This document shows positions 13,048 to 24,928 of a DNA stretch of 54,897 nucleotides, piece after piece (position 1 is the stretch's first letter; each line of letters starts with the position of its first letter). The notes below the pieces were generated by a model. That model was not told the DNA's origin. It made no database searches and saw only the letters and a list, made by a program, of their open reading frames with translations. The translations under genes were made by a program, and so were the position numbers. This stretch comes from Prorocentrum cordatum (Eukaryota), in NCBI GenBank assembly GCA_963575745.1, contig CAUYUJ010000202.1, positions 62,001 through 116,897 on the forward strand, written 5' to 3'.

Positions 13048-13349
13048 ACAGTGTAAACCCAAGGGCCATCATCGATGTTTGAGTACACCCTCCCTCCAAG
13101 CTTCCTCTTCATAGGCCCCTACAACGGTTCATTTCCATAAGGAATCTGCCTCGTTGGAAGACAGCCGTTTGAAGACCCAGAAACATGCCAAATCATTGTT
13201 CTCGGGATTCCAACGCCACGAATCACCTTGACTGCTGCGTCTTGACGATCCTGGATCGTGCCAGAACACCGTTCTCGGGATTTCAACACCGCGCACCCGC
13301 AAAATTCGGGATTCTTCCAAAATGCCATTTCTGGTACGTTGATCGCTGG

Positions 13350-13700
13350 AATCCGTAAACTCTTGCACAGTTTACGAGCGAATGTGCGCGGCGCTAAGGC
13401 GATAGCCACATCTTGCAAAATGAACCGCCCTCAATCCGTGAAACTCTTGCAACTCTTTAAACCGGCTGTGCGCGGCGCGCAGGCGAGAGCCACATTTTGA
13501 AAAAGGGGCTATCATCAATCCGTGAAGATCTTGCAAGTTTTTAAGACGAATGTGCGTGGCGCTGTGGCGAGAGTCACATCTTGAAAACGGGTTATCCTCA
13601 AGCCGTAAGGCTCTTGCAAATTTGGAGAACGAATGTGCGCGGCGCTAAGGCGAGAGCCACATATTGAGAACCACCCGCCCTCCATCTGTAAAACTGTCGC
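13350..13700. repeat. Tandem repeat, ~84-bp unit x4
   Basis: AATCCGTxAA.CTCTTGCA...AATGTGCGCGGCGCTAAGGCGAGAGCCACAT repeated. Confidence 0.8.
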
Positions 13701-14194
13701 CAATTTTCAAGCTTCAGAGTCATCATTGGCGAGGAAGTCTCAGGCGAAACGCCCGGCCCGCCCTGAAAACTTGCCTAAGCAAGAGCAGGAGGAGGAGGAG
13801 GAGGAGGAGGAGGAGGAGTAGGAGGAGGAGGAGGAGGAGGAGGAGGAGGAGCAGGAGGATGAAGAGGCGGAGGAGGAGGAGGAGGAGCAGGAGGGGAGGA
13901 GGACGAGGAGGAGGAGGAGGAGCATGAGGAGGAGGAGGAGGATGAGGAGGGAGGCGGAGGAGGAGAAGGAGGCGGGAGGAGGAGGACGAGGAGGAGGGGA
14001 GGAGGAGGAGGAGGAGCAGGAGGAGGAGGAGGAGGAGGAGGAGGAGGGGAGCAGGGGCAGGAGGGAGGAGGAGGAGGAGGAGGAGGAGGAGGAGGAGCAG
14101 GAGGAGGATGAGGTGAGGGGGGGGGGCGGGACGAGGGAGGAGGGAGGAGTGGCCTCGGGCGGGCGGAGGCCTGCGCCGCCGCCGCCCCGCGCAG

Positions 14195-14239
14195 ACCATG
14201 TCCACCAGGGCGGGGACCCCGTACTACGTGGCGCCGCAG
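14195..14239 (+). CDS. Kinase exon, activation segment: TMSTRAGTPYYVAPQ
   Basis: GTPYYVAP motif typical of CDPK/CAMK kinases; gcag acceptor and GC donor. Confidence 0.88.
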
Positions 14240-16388
14240 GCGGCCTCGGCCAGCGCGCGCCGGGCCACCTGCGCGGCGGCCCTCCGCTCTCCGCCCCCTG
14301 TTTTGCTGCTCCTCCTCCTCCTCCTCCTCCTCCTCCTCCTCTCCTCCTCCCTCCTCCTCTCCTCCTCCTCCTCCTCACTCCTCCTCCTCCTCCTCCTCCT
14401 CCTCTCCTCCTCCTCCTCCCCCCTGTTTTGCTGCTCGGATTGGGAAAGGGGGGGTTACGAAATTTGCTGCATGCAGCTGGTTTCGGCCTCACCGAGTGGC
14501 CCATTCCTCGACACATAGCCGCCTCCGGCGCCGGGAGGCGCCGGGAAAATCAGCTACGTGGGCTGATTCTCAACCCCCCCCTTTGCTATCCCCCCCTTTT
14601 GCCGGACCCGAGTACAGTCGGACCGAGGTGCAGTGGGGACGCGCATCAAGAAGCCAGGTGGTTTTCATCAGGGTACCTCGGGATTCTTCGCTCCGCGCGC
14701 TGCGCGGCGACTTCCCGCGGCCGTCAAAAACGCTGCTGCGCTCAGGGTGCTCAGGGTTCCCCCCCGGGCGCGTCATCCACGCGGGTTTTCAGGGCTGGGT
14801 TTCTTGCGAGGGTTTCTTGTGGCCGCGCCCGCACTTTGTAAGATCGAGGTCCTTCCGGGGAGGGCACCCCACTGTTCGCGTCGCGTCGACCAGCGGCGAC
14901 CCCGCCGCTGGCGTTCAACATTGAGCGCCCGCGACCCAGAGCCGGCCGATGCTGACCCATCTGTCGTGCCTCCGGTGCTGCTGGGGGTCGGAGGAGACGA
15001 GGCATCTCTTGTCCAGGGCAGCAGTCTCCCGCCTGGCCTGGCGTCGCATTTTCTCGCACCGGGCACGTCCGCCAGGACTCGAGCCCTGGGACTCTCAAAG
15101 GACGATCGGGCTCGAGAGGTGCTGCAGACACGGCCGTGATTTCCCCCCCCCCCCCCCCCCCCCCACATCACAATTTTTCCCGACGTCGGATCTCTGGGGG
15201 TTGACCCTTCTCGACTGCACGCGTCTTTTGACGGTTTCGCGGGTTGCCGCGTGAGCTCTCCAGCAGCCGCGCCTCTCTCCGAAAGTGCCCTTGGGGTGCC
15301 CAGCTCTTCCCTGGACGGCCGCCCGAGATTCCCAAGTGATGGCCCAAAGGCCGGGCGAAATGATCTCCGTTGCACGTCTGTCGGGGGCGTGGTCTGATGG
15401 GGCCAGGACGGGGATAAATCCGTTCCAGAGCGTTCCGGAACGACTTCGGAGCCTTCCGAAGCGCTCTGATAAGGCCGCGGCGCCTGACACATCCTCTAGA
15501 ATCGCCAGACCTCACACAGGCTAGGCACCTGCAGCCCCAGGAAGGGGCCCAAACTCGTCAGCTTCCCTACTGCTTCGTCGGAGCCCTTTCGCCCATTCGA
15601 CCGCCGAATCGGGCGAGGAGAAACCGTGCAGGGAGGCGACCTTATAGATAGTGGTCAAGCATGGGGACCTCAGTCCCGTACTTCCAGGGGCTGTCGGGCC
15701 CCCTAGGACCCGCACCCCCAACCGCCCAAGAGAGCCCGCCCTCGGGACCATCCACGGGTCCCCCCTCGGCCCCAGGACCGCCCCCAGGAGGCCCGCACGG
15801 AACATCAGGGGGGAGCCCGACAACCTCTCGTGCAGCCATTCTTTGTCACTCCAGGAGGAGGAGGAGGAGGAGGAGGAGGAGGAGGAGGAGGAGGAGGGAG
15901 GAGGAGGAGGAGGAGGAGGAGGAGGAGGAGGAGGAGGAGGAGGAGGAGGAGGAGGGAGGAGGAGGAGGAGGGGAGGGAGGGAGGAGGGGAGGCGGAGGAG
16001 GAGGAGGAGGAGGAGGAGGAGGAGGAGGAGGGGGAGGAGGGAGGAGGAGGAGGCGGAGGAGGAGGAGGAGGAGGAGGAGGAGGAGGAGGAGGAGGAGGAG
16101 GATTTATCCCCACCTGACAGTTGTCCTCGTCCTGGCTTCGTCCTACAGTAGGGGGGGCCCCAGGGCCAGGCCCGAGCACCCAGAGGCCGCCGCTGGTCGC
16201 ACATGACAAGGCCACGACCGGCAGGCCCTGCGCACCGCAGGGCACTCTTAGGCTCACGGGTCGCGCTTGCGAGTCGCCGCCCTGCCTTTCTAGGCCACTC
16301 GCAGGAGGGGGGAAGGCTTCTAAGGCGCACCCCTGCTTCTTAGAAGCCTTCCCCCTCCCCCTACCCCCTTGTGCGCGCCGCCAATCTC

Positions 16389-16565
16389 AGATGGGGTCCG
16401 AGCAGATGGGATCGGAGGATCACGCCGCATCACCGATGCCCCGCCGATGCTGCTCGATGCGGAGCCCGATTCTCCCCGCGTAGGCGTCGCCGATGTACCG
16501 CCGACGTCGCCGATGCACTGGCGACGCGGCGCGATCCTCCGACCCCATCTACTCGGACGCCATCT
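16389..16565. mobile_element. MITE with ~45-bp TIR
   Basis: AGATGGGGTCCGAGCAGATGGGATCGGAGGATC ... GATCCTCCGACCCCATCTACTCGGACGCCATCT. Confidence 0.75.
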
Positions 16566-17161
16566 TGGAGGCCTCTAGTCTTCGTCGTCGTCGGATCCAG
16601 GGTTCTGGATGTCTTGAGGCCCGCGGAGGCCTCGTGGGGCACCCGGGGACCTCCCCGGAGACTTCCCGAGAGCTATGCGCGCGCTGGACCCGCGCCTCCC
16701 CTCAGCCTCGCCCTCCCCCTCGCCTCGCCGTCGCCCTGGCCCCGATCCGCCCTCTCCGGAGGGAGGGAGGGAGGGAGGGAGGGAGGGAGGGAGGGAGGGA
16801 GGGAGGGAGGGAGGAGGAGGAGGAGGAGGAGGAGGAGGAGGAGGAGGAGGAGGAGGAGGCAGGGCCGCCTAAGATCCAACTCGACGCGGCTCGATTCGCT
16901 GACCGGGGCGCGACTTCGATTTGATTCGCTTCGGTTCGGTTCGATTCGCCCAGGTCGGCCGGGGCCAGCCAGAGCCAGGCGCGGCGATCCGATTTCGGGC
17001 CGATTCGGGACGATCCGCTGGCGATCCGATTCGTTTCTGATCAGGTCCAAGTTCGCGATTCGGTCCAGCTCAAGGCCTGGGAGGCGGGAGAGCGGGGTTG
17101 GAGGAGGAGGAGGAGGAGGAGGAGGAGGAGGAGGAGGAGGAGGAGGAGGAGGAGGAAGAGC

Positions 17162-17176
17162 AGCCCTTGGCTCAAG
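17162..17176 (+). other. Spliced-leader-like relic upstream of the PPR ORF
   Basis: AGCCCTTGGCTCAAG versus AGCCATTTTGGCTCAAG; it ends 39 nt before the PPR-frame ATG at 17216. Confidence 0.55.
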
Positions 17177-17215
17177 GAGGATGGCCCGAGCCGTCGTGGT
17201 TCAACACGATGGCGG

Positions 17216-17569
17216 ATGCTAGGCAGCCGGCGAGGGCCTCAACGAGGTACGGTGCTCCTCGAAGAGGCGGTAAAGAAGTGTGGACGCACGGAACAGTGGA
17301 GCGCAGCATTGCACTTACTCCGTGAGGGCATTCTGTTAGGTGTACAACAACCTCCAGCCCTTTATATGGCGACCGTCAGCGCGTGCAGCAAAGGAGGGCA
17401 ATGGCAACGGGCACTATCCCTGATCAGCGAGATGTGGGAAGCGAAGGTCGATCCAAACGTCATTAGCTACAGCGCTGGGATCAGCGCCTGCGGAAAGGGC
17501 GAGCAATGGCAGAGTGCATTATCGCTACTCAGAGAGATGTCGGAGGCGAGATTGGAATCCAATGTCATA
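17216..17569 (+). CDS. PPR protein, N-terminal segment (about 3 repeats)
   Basis: LYMATVSACSKGGQWQRALSLISEMWEAKVDPNVISYSAGISACGKGEQWQSALSLLREM..., with 35-aa periodicity. Confidence 0.85.
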
Positions 17570-18445
17570 TCCTCTACGGTGCTGGTCGCAGCGCGCGCGA
17601 ATTGGGCGAGCAGTACTTGCGCTCTCAAGGGGGGCAAGCCAGCCTGGCCAGCTCAAATACGGTCCCAGAGGCATCCGAGGGCCGGAACATTTCCCGAAGA
17701 GACCCTGGATGCGGGAGAACCCTGATACGGTCCAAGTGCTCTGTGAGGGGGTTCCAAGATGTCCCGATGGGCTTCCAAGGCGTCCCCAAGACACCCGAGG
17801 GGCACTGGTTTATGCGGCCTCTGAAGCTGATCCACGCGGGCCCTCCACGAAGCGAAAACTTGCTGGAATCCGTTTTTCCATAGACAGTTTTGTCTGCAAG
17901 AACCCCATCTCGCTCCTCTCTGCAAGAAACTAGCACTTGCGCGCTGCTGGGTCCAGCATCGGGCGGGCGACGTTGAGGTGTTATTGTGAGAGGTTCTAGG
18001 AGGTCTCTTGGGGCCATCTTCGGGTCCTCTTGGGGTCTTCTTGGGGTCTTTTGGGGCCATCTTGGGGCCCTCTTGGGGCTCTTTGGGGAGGTCTGAGAGG
18101 TCTCTTGGCGCCGTCTTGCGCCCCGTGGCTAAAAGACGAGGAAAGCTTTCTCCAGCGGCCTCCCGTGGCCTCCCGTGGCCGCACGTGGTCTCCTCGGTGG
18201 CCTCCCGCCGGCCGCTGCCTCCTCGGTGGCCTCCTCCCGTGGCCTCCTCGGTGGCCTCCTCCAGTGGCCTCCCGTGGCCGCCCAGCATTGCGGTCCCTCG
18301 TCCTCCTCCTCGTCCTCCTCCTCCTCCTCCTCCTCCTCCTCCTCCTCCTCCTCCTCCCTCCTCCTCCTCCTCCTCCTCCTCCTCCTCCTCCTCCTCCTCC
18401 TCCTCCTCCTCCCTACCCCGGTCCCTGCTTCCCGCAATCCCTCTA

Positions 18446-18473
18446 CTCAAGCCATATAGGCTCAAGCATTTTG
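18446..18473 (+). other. Tandem dinoflagellate spliced-leader relics at the LINE 5' end
   Basis: CTCAAG|CCATATAGGCTCAAG|CATTTTG compared with DinoSL DCCGTAG-CCATTTTGGCTCAAG. The middle unit matches 13/15. Confidence 0.8.
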
Positions 18474-18583
18474 CCTGGGCCGACTCTCGTACCTGCTCGT
18501 CGGTGCTTGAGGCATTCCGAACCAACAGCCCTCAGAGTGAGGTCGCTTTTTTCGGCAACCAAAGCGAGAGTTTCAGAAAGAAG

Positions 18584-19681
18584 ATGGCTCGTGGCTCTGT
18601 CGCCGCCGCCTTGCACAGTGATTCTCAGATCAGTGGCTGGAGCCGCTGCGCCAGCTGCGGGCGCTACGAATGGAACTCAGTCCTCTTGGCCAGTTCCTGC
18701 AAGTGCCCCAAGTGCTCGCGCAAGGTGAAGTTGTACCAGCCCAAAGGCACCAGCCAGTCCCAGAATCAGCAGGGCGGCGCCAGTGTCTCCCAGTCGCCTA
18801 GCCCCGTTAACGAGCTCGCCGCGCTGAAGAGCCTGGTGGACTCCACGGCCAACTCGCAGCTCAAGACCTTGATGCTGCAGGGCATCGCCCACATCGAGTC
18901 CAACACCTCCTCCGAGACGTGGGACCCGTCGGCAGGGGCAGCCTTAGAGGCGGCGCGCAAGGCCATGGGAGCCTGGAAGGACGCGGACCACAAGCATACT
19001 CAGAGTGTCAACAACGTCATCAAGCTCAGGACCGCCCTAGCTCACGCGGAGGAGAAGGAGCAGAAGGCAGCAGAGGTTCTGGCAGCGGCTGAAGAAGCCA
19101 AACAGCAAGCAGCAGCCTTTTTCGCCAAGATAGAGGGCATCACCAACGTGGAGCAGCAGGCCGATTCAAAGGGGAACGGCAACGAGCAGCAGCACACGCC
19201 GAACATGACCTTGACCTGGGACGAGTCGCTCTTCCAGCAGGCTGAGGACATGGAGATCGAGCAGTCCGAAAAGGATCAGCTGAAGCAGTTGCACTCAGAC
19301 CTTCTGGCGTTCCGAGAGTTGTTGGACTCCAAGAACACGGAGGTCAAGCAGAAGTTAGAGCAGGCCGCTGCCATCAACAGGAGCGTCGCAGAGCGCATGA
19401 AGAAAAAGCGTCGTGGTGCAGACGGTGAGGCCCAAGCTCCTGAGCCTCAGGGGCCCCAGCCTGCGAAGGAGGCCTCGCCCAAGACGCCCGAGCAGATCGC
19501 CAAGGAGACCGAGGAGGTCAAGTCAGCCGCCGAGGCCAAAGAGAGGCAGCATAAGGAGACCGCCGCCAAGATCTCCCGTGCCAAGTTCGAGGCCCAGGCC
19601 ATCGCCAAGGGCAAGGGAGCAGCTGGTGGTGCAGGCATGGGCGCTGGCAAGGGCCCATCGCCGCCTCAGGCCGCGGCTTGA
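18584..19681 (+). CDS. LINE ORF1 (365 aa): N-terminal CxxC...CxxC zinc finger and coiled-coil region
   Basis: ATG at 18584 (MARGSVAA...). Motif W-SRCASC-x13-CKCPKC, then A/E/K/Q-rich helical sequence. The upstream part of ORF 18008..19681 is (CCT)n noise outside the TSD. Confidence 0.85.
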   Translation: MARGSVAAALHSDSQISGWSRCASCGRYEWNSVLLASSCKCPKCSRKVKLYQPKGTSQSQNQQGGASVSQSPSPVNELAALKSLVDSTANSQLKTLMLQGIAHIESNTSSETWDPSAGAALEAARKAMGAWKDADHKHTQSVNNVIKLRTALAHAEEKEQKAAEVLAAAEEAKQQAAAFFAKIEGITNVEQQADSKGNGNEQQHTPNMTLTWDESLFQQAEDMEIEQSEKDQLKQLHSDLLAFRELLDSKNTEVKQKLEQAAAINRSVAERMKKKRRGADGEAQAPEPQGPQPAKEASPKTPEQIAKETEEVKSAAEAKERQHKETAAKISRAKFEAQAIAKGKGAAGGAGMGAGKGPSPPQAAA

Positions 19682-19693
19682 CTAGGCACCTCG

Positions 19694-22600
19694 ATGCCAG
19701 TCGCCGCCGCCGCCGAGGCAGGCAGCCCTGCCCACCAGGCCGGAGAGGCGGCGACGCTCGAGGACCAGAGGGATAGTGACCAGCACACTAGCCACTTCTT
19801 TTTCGCCAGTGTAACTGCCATGGGGGACAAGTGCTGGCGATTCGTTGAATCATGTGAGAATTCCAAGTTCGACTTCTTCGGCTTCGTAGAAACACACATT
19901 CCTGCAGGAGGATTGAAAAAATGGGATAGGAAAGCTAGACAATCGCATCTTAGGCTGATCAGCAATCGAGCTAGACCGTCTGCAAAAGTAGTTAGCAGTG
20001 CACGCCAAGCACATTCGAATGAGGGAGGAGAATGGTTGCTCGCGCGAGGCCATTTGCAGGCGCACCAGCTTCTGTCGGCCGAGAGTGGAAAAGCCTTGCA
20101 TGCTCAGGGGTGCGCGTGCTGGGATGGATTCGTCCCCACTCTCATTCATTTCAAAGGGTTCTCTCTTGCAGTGATATGCTTCTACGGTCACCCTTCAGTA
20201 GGAATGACAGGAGCCAACATCACCCGTTTCCATAGATTAGGCTCCTTGCTCACAGGTCTCCAGGTCCCCTGGGTAGTAGCAGGAGATTTCAACTTGTCGG
20301 CTCAGACGCTGGGGCGTTCGGGCTTTCTAGACTCCGTAGACGGCCAGGTAATCCAGGCTCCAGTAGATGTCACGTGTAGCTCTGGTAAGGAGGGCTCTCA
20401 CATTGACTACTTAGTGTGCAGCCTGGCAGCCAGGCCCTATATCAAACAAGTTTCACCAATTCACTCAGTGCCTTGGAAGCCCCACTTGGGGCTAGCGGTA
20501 CAGTTTCATTCGTCGGGAACCCAGCTGATAACCAGAATGTTGTCTTTGCCTGGCAAGCTCCCTCAGCAGGCTCGGCCAGTTAAGTCTGCCACTCCTGGTT
20601 CAAAAGCATCCAAGAAAAAAGCAGAGTCTAGGGCTAAGCGTGCTAATTCGAAACAGCGTAGGTGTGAAGTTTATCAGTCTATGTTTGGGGATCGCCTGGA
20701 CCCTGTTCCGTCAGATGAGCCTCCCGAGAGCTCTCCGACGGGAACATGGGCATTTCTTGGCTCCCCTGAAGGTGAATTCGATGAAGACCTGGAAGCCTGG
20801 CCAGAACAGGAAGACTGGCCCATCCAGGTCCCAGGACCCCCCTCGTCCTCGGCCTCGCCTCCCTCCCCTTCGTGCGCGTGTATCACACCCAACCCCCTAA
20901 GCCAAGACGAGCCCCAGGAAGGATGCCCGAGCTATTGGATCCCAGAAGACTTGTGGTCCAGAGTGCGATGCAGAGTTGGTTTTGTCCCGTCTTCTGTCTG
21001 CAATGTCACTGAGTACTACAGGGACTCCCTCAGTAGCCGTTTTGGCTCCAACCTGGCTCAAGAAATTTCTGGCTTGTATGCTTCCTGGATCACCACAGTG
21101 GAAGCGGCCATTTGCGAACACCACACTACTCAGGCCTCTTCGGGCCCCAGCCGCGCGCAGGGGCACCGATTCCATGTGGGAGAGGTCCATCAGGCAGCAC
21201 ATGCCAGGACACAGCCTTTCCAAGATGATGTTGCGAATTGGTGGACACGGGCATCAACGCTGCTCTCTGCCTTTGTCCGACATCGGTTGCGAAAAAATGG
21301 ACAACGTCAATGCCGAGAGTTGCAGGACTCCATGAGAGCCCTAACTGGTGATATACCTGATAATGCTGAATCTTTGTTGAGGCCTTATGAGCCTCCCTGG
21401 CAGGAGCTCTTGATAGGGCTCCGTTCGCTCCAGCCCATCTCGGACGCCAACTTGGACAAGCTCGACGGCCTCCTGCGCAAGGTAGCCAAGAGGTCGCAAA
21501 ACCAAGCTATGCGTGCGTCCATGCAGCGTTTCCGTGAGTGGGTTGACAGCCCCCAAGCCCTTGGTCAGCTCCATCAGAATCTCAAGGATGAGCCGTTGAC
21601 CAAGCAAGAGTTGGTTCTGCCAGGCCGGGTCGTTTTTAACCCAAAAGATATCATGGACGAGAAAAGATCCCATTGGGCCAACATATGGGCCCCCACTGAG
21701 CCCAAGCTCAGTGACCTCGACGCTGCATTTGATGAAGTACGTAATGCAGCTGAGGACGAGGTGCTCCCCGACCTGGACGCCGCAGCCATTCGACGTGCAA
21801 CTAAGAAAATGCGGCCCAAGTTGGGTCAGGGCGTTGATCGCCTCTCGCCCTTAGACATCGAGAGGCTGCCCGACTCAGCCCTCACAGAGTTGAGTTCGTT
21901 ATTCGAGACCATCGAAGAAGCGCTGGCGTGGCCCATCCAGACCCAGCTGGTCATAGGGCACATGATGCCCAAGCATCGTGGCAGCGGCGACCGCATCATC
22001 GGCATACTCACCATGTTCGCGAGAGTGTGGTCCATGTGTCGTGAACCAGAAGTTGCAGAATGGATGGAGAATGATAATGCCAATGCTCCCTGGGATGCAG
22101 CAATCTCAGGCAATGCAGCGTTGCGAGAAGCATTTCTCAGAGTACTTGATGAAGAGCTAGCTCAACATCTCTCAGTTGATATCGGTAATGGCCTCTTGGA
22201 CATCAAGGGGTTCTATGACGCAGTTCAGTTCGACTTGCTCATCAAAGGAGCGCTCAAAGTTGGGTTCTCCCCAACAATCTTGTACCTTGAGCTTCTCCAA
22301 TGTGCTGCTCCCAGGACGCTGCGCCAATCAGGAGCATATTCAGAACCCATAGTTCCATTTCAGAGTATAGTCCAAGGACTTAGATCAGGAACAAGATTTG
22401 CGAGAATTATGGTATTTGCAGTGCTGAAAAAGATAACAACAGCACATCCCTCGTTTTCACATCGAATTTGGATCGACGACCTCAGCCAGAGTACGAAAGG
22501 ATCTCGTGCCCACATTCGCAGAGCCCTCACTCGGGTGATCGTCGACACTTGTAAGGAGTTGAAAGAGCAGAAGCTACAAGTGGCAGTCAAATCCGCCGTC

Positions 22601-24928
22601 CTCTGCACACACATGGCCGACTCCAAGCACATCGCCAAAGCCGTCAGAAAGGCCGGCTTCACGATTGAAGCTAAAGCTCAAGTTGCCTACTTAGGCACCG
22701 ACCTGGGCGGAGGCAGACGCATGGCCAGAGCTATTTGACGGCAAAGGTTGGCAAAATCGGCATTGATGAGTGCAAAGATAGCAAGATTCACCAAAGTTTC
22801 GCGGAAGTATAACATCATGAAACGACTCGAACGTCAAGGGTCACAAGCTGCAGGAGCCTATGCCCATCAAATCCATGGGGCCTTTGGCTATGCGATCACG
22901 GCCTTCAGAAGGAGATTGGGCCATGCAAGTGCAGCAGCTTCTACTGGTAGATGTTTGACGACGCTCCTGGCCCTTCAAGGGCCCACAGGGGATCCAGGCG
23001 TCAAGATGGCAAGTGACTGCCTTCAGCTATGGTTCCGTATGTGGGCCCATGAGGCGTCGCACCTCAGAGCGGCCATCAGACTTGCATGGCCAAAGGTGGT
23101 GTCCAAGTTCCAGCAGCTGGACCCAGCCCAGAGGCCTAGACACATTCGTGGGCCCATGGGCGCGGTCATCTGCTACCTGCTGGAGACAGGATGGACGCCC
23201 GCATCCGCTGAGTCGTGGGATCGCCCTGCAGGTCCTGATGGCAACGTCATCGAGTGGAACTTTCCAGAGAGCATCTTTATTGAGCAGAAAGGAGTTGATT
23301 TATCTAGAGACCTTGTGCGTGAGTTTCAGGAAGATAGATCCAGAATGTTGTGGGAAAAAGCAAGCTCTCACTTCTGCGGTGGAGGAGCTGAACACGGGGT
23401 AGACATGTCGTCGTATATCAGCCTCATTCGCCAACTTCGTGACGTTCCGCACGGCCACAGATTGGCAGAGCTAATGACAGCAGTCGCCACAGGCGGCACC
23501 TGGCCGCGAGACAGGCGAGTACAGCAGAAGCCAGGAGTCTGCTCGCCTCTCTGCCAGCGGTGCCGCCAAGCACGTGAGACCCCGTTTCACAGAGTTTGGG
23601 CCTGCCCCGAAAACCGAGGGTCCCTGGCCTACGAAAAATCTGAAGAGTTTGTGCCCGAGGCTTACTCCCAATGGGAGTCGGCCGAGTGTTTTTGGTTGCG
23701 GGGCCTTTTACCTAGCTCTTGGGTTGAGGCCCCCCCGCCTGTCATGTCTGACGACTGGCGCTGCTCAGGAACTTTTAGCGAATTAGCCAAAGGTGTAGCT
23801 GGACAGGGTTCACAAGAACACCCCCTCCATTTTTTCGGGGACGCTAGCGGGGGCCCTGAGTCGGCCTGTCCTCGTCTCAGAAGAGTTGGAGTAGGATTGG
23901 TTTTAGCTGCCGAACCAGCCGCAAACGATGAATTTAGGACACTAGCAACTGTAGAAGGGCCTCTTTCAGGGCACCGTCAGGTTGTTGGCAGGGGAGAACT
24001 CACTGCCCTGTGGCTAGCCCTGTATGTAAGTTCTGGGTACATAGTTTTCGCGTCCGATAATTTCAATGTGGTAGACGGCTGGTATTCGAATCGATTTGAG
24101 TCGCCTTCAGGAGAAGAGGCGGACCTCTGGGCTAAAATCGGCCGCGAGGTAAAGCTCAGAGGTAAAGAGAAGGTTTTAGTTTTATTTATAAACTCACATC
24201 TGTCTGGTGCTGACGTTTTCCATCAACGTTTTCCCGAATGGATGATTGTAGGCAATGACACAGCTGACGCTATTGCAGAAATAGCCGCCACCCGTTCGCG
24301 CGTTGACGAACAAACCAGAGCTCGTATCCATCGGCACGAAAGGCGAGCCTTCTTAGTTCGCCATCGCTTGCTTCGTGCCAACTTAGATGCAATCGAAAAC
24401 GAGAGAGCTCTTGGAAATGTTGTGAAAAAGAAAGAGGCCGTCAAGGCCCCTGCACCTCCTGGTCCGTTGCAAGTTTCAGTTTTCACCAGCGGCCATCAGC
24501 TGACAGAGAACGGCCGAGGGTGCACGCGCTGTCGAGGGTCTGCCACGCAAGCTTGTGTCGTAGCGTGGAGACAATCGCCATGTTTTGAATTAATACCGCT
24601 CGGAGGAATTTATTTTTCCCTTCCCCAGGGGGCTCGTCTGCACTTGGCTGGGGGGTGGGTAGACAACAGCCATTGTCTCCGCTACCATTCAGGACTTAAC
24701 CTTTGGTTCTGTATGTGTTGCGGCCACTACGGCCAGTCCAAGAAGGGCCAATTGCACAGTATATGCAGTAAGCCTTCTGTCCCAACCCCTCACTGTCAAG
24801 AATATTTATCAAGAATCCAGGCCCATCAGTGGCCTAAGGTTCTTAGTAAGGCAGAGAAAGCTGCCCGCCTCAGGAATGCGAGTGTCGGCGAGGGACCTAC
24901 AGAGGGTTGTGCGGGGTCCCCAGGGTGA
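19694..24928 (+). CDS. LINE ORF2 (~1744 codons): APE endonuclease, reverse transcriptase, zf-RVT, RNase H, C-terminal Cys/His finger; one in-frame TGA at 22736-22738
   Basis: APE: FGFVETH, VVAGDFN, SHIDY. RT: GQGVD, MMPK, DRIIG, LLDIKGFYD, IVQG, WIDD, YLG. zf-RVT: CQRC..ETPFHRVWACP. RNase H: FGDAS, GELTAL, ASDN, NSH, GNDTAD. ORFs 19694..22738 and 22748..24928 are in the same frame. Confidence 0.93.

Noticed and set aside
17567..17575. ATATCCTC resembling a U12 AT-AC 5' splice site
   Set aside because: No in-frame AC acceptor or U12 branch point was found for the next PPR segment. It is explained equally well as a decayed PPR repeat.
18008..18583. N-terminal extension of the 557-aa ORF
   Set aside because: It crosses the TSD and (CCT)n tract. 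The real ORF1 most plausibly starts at ATG 18584.
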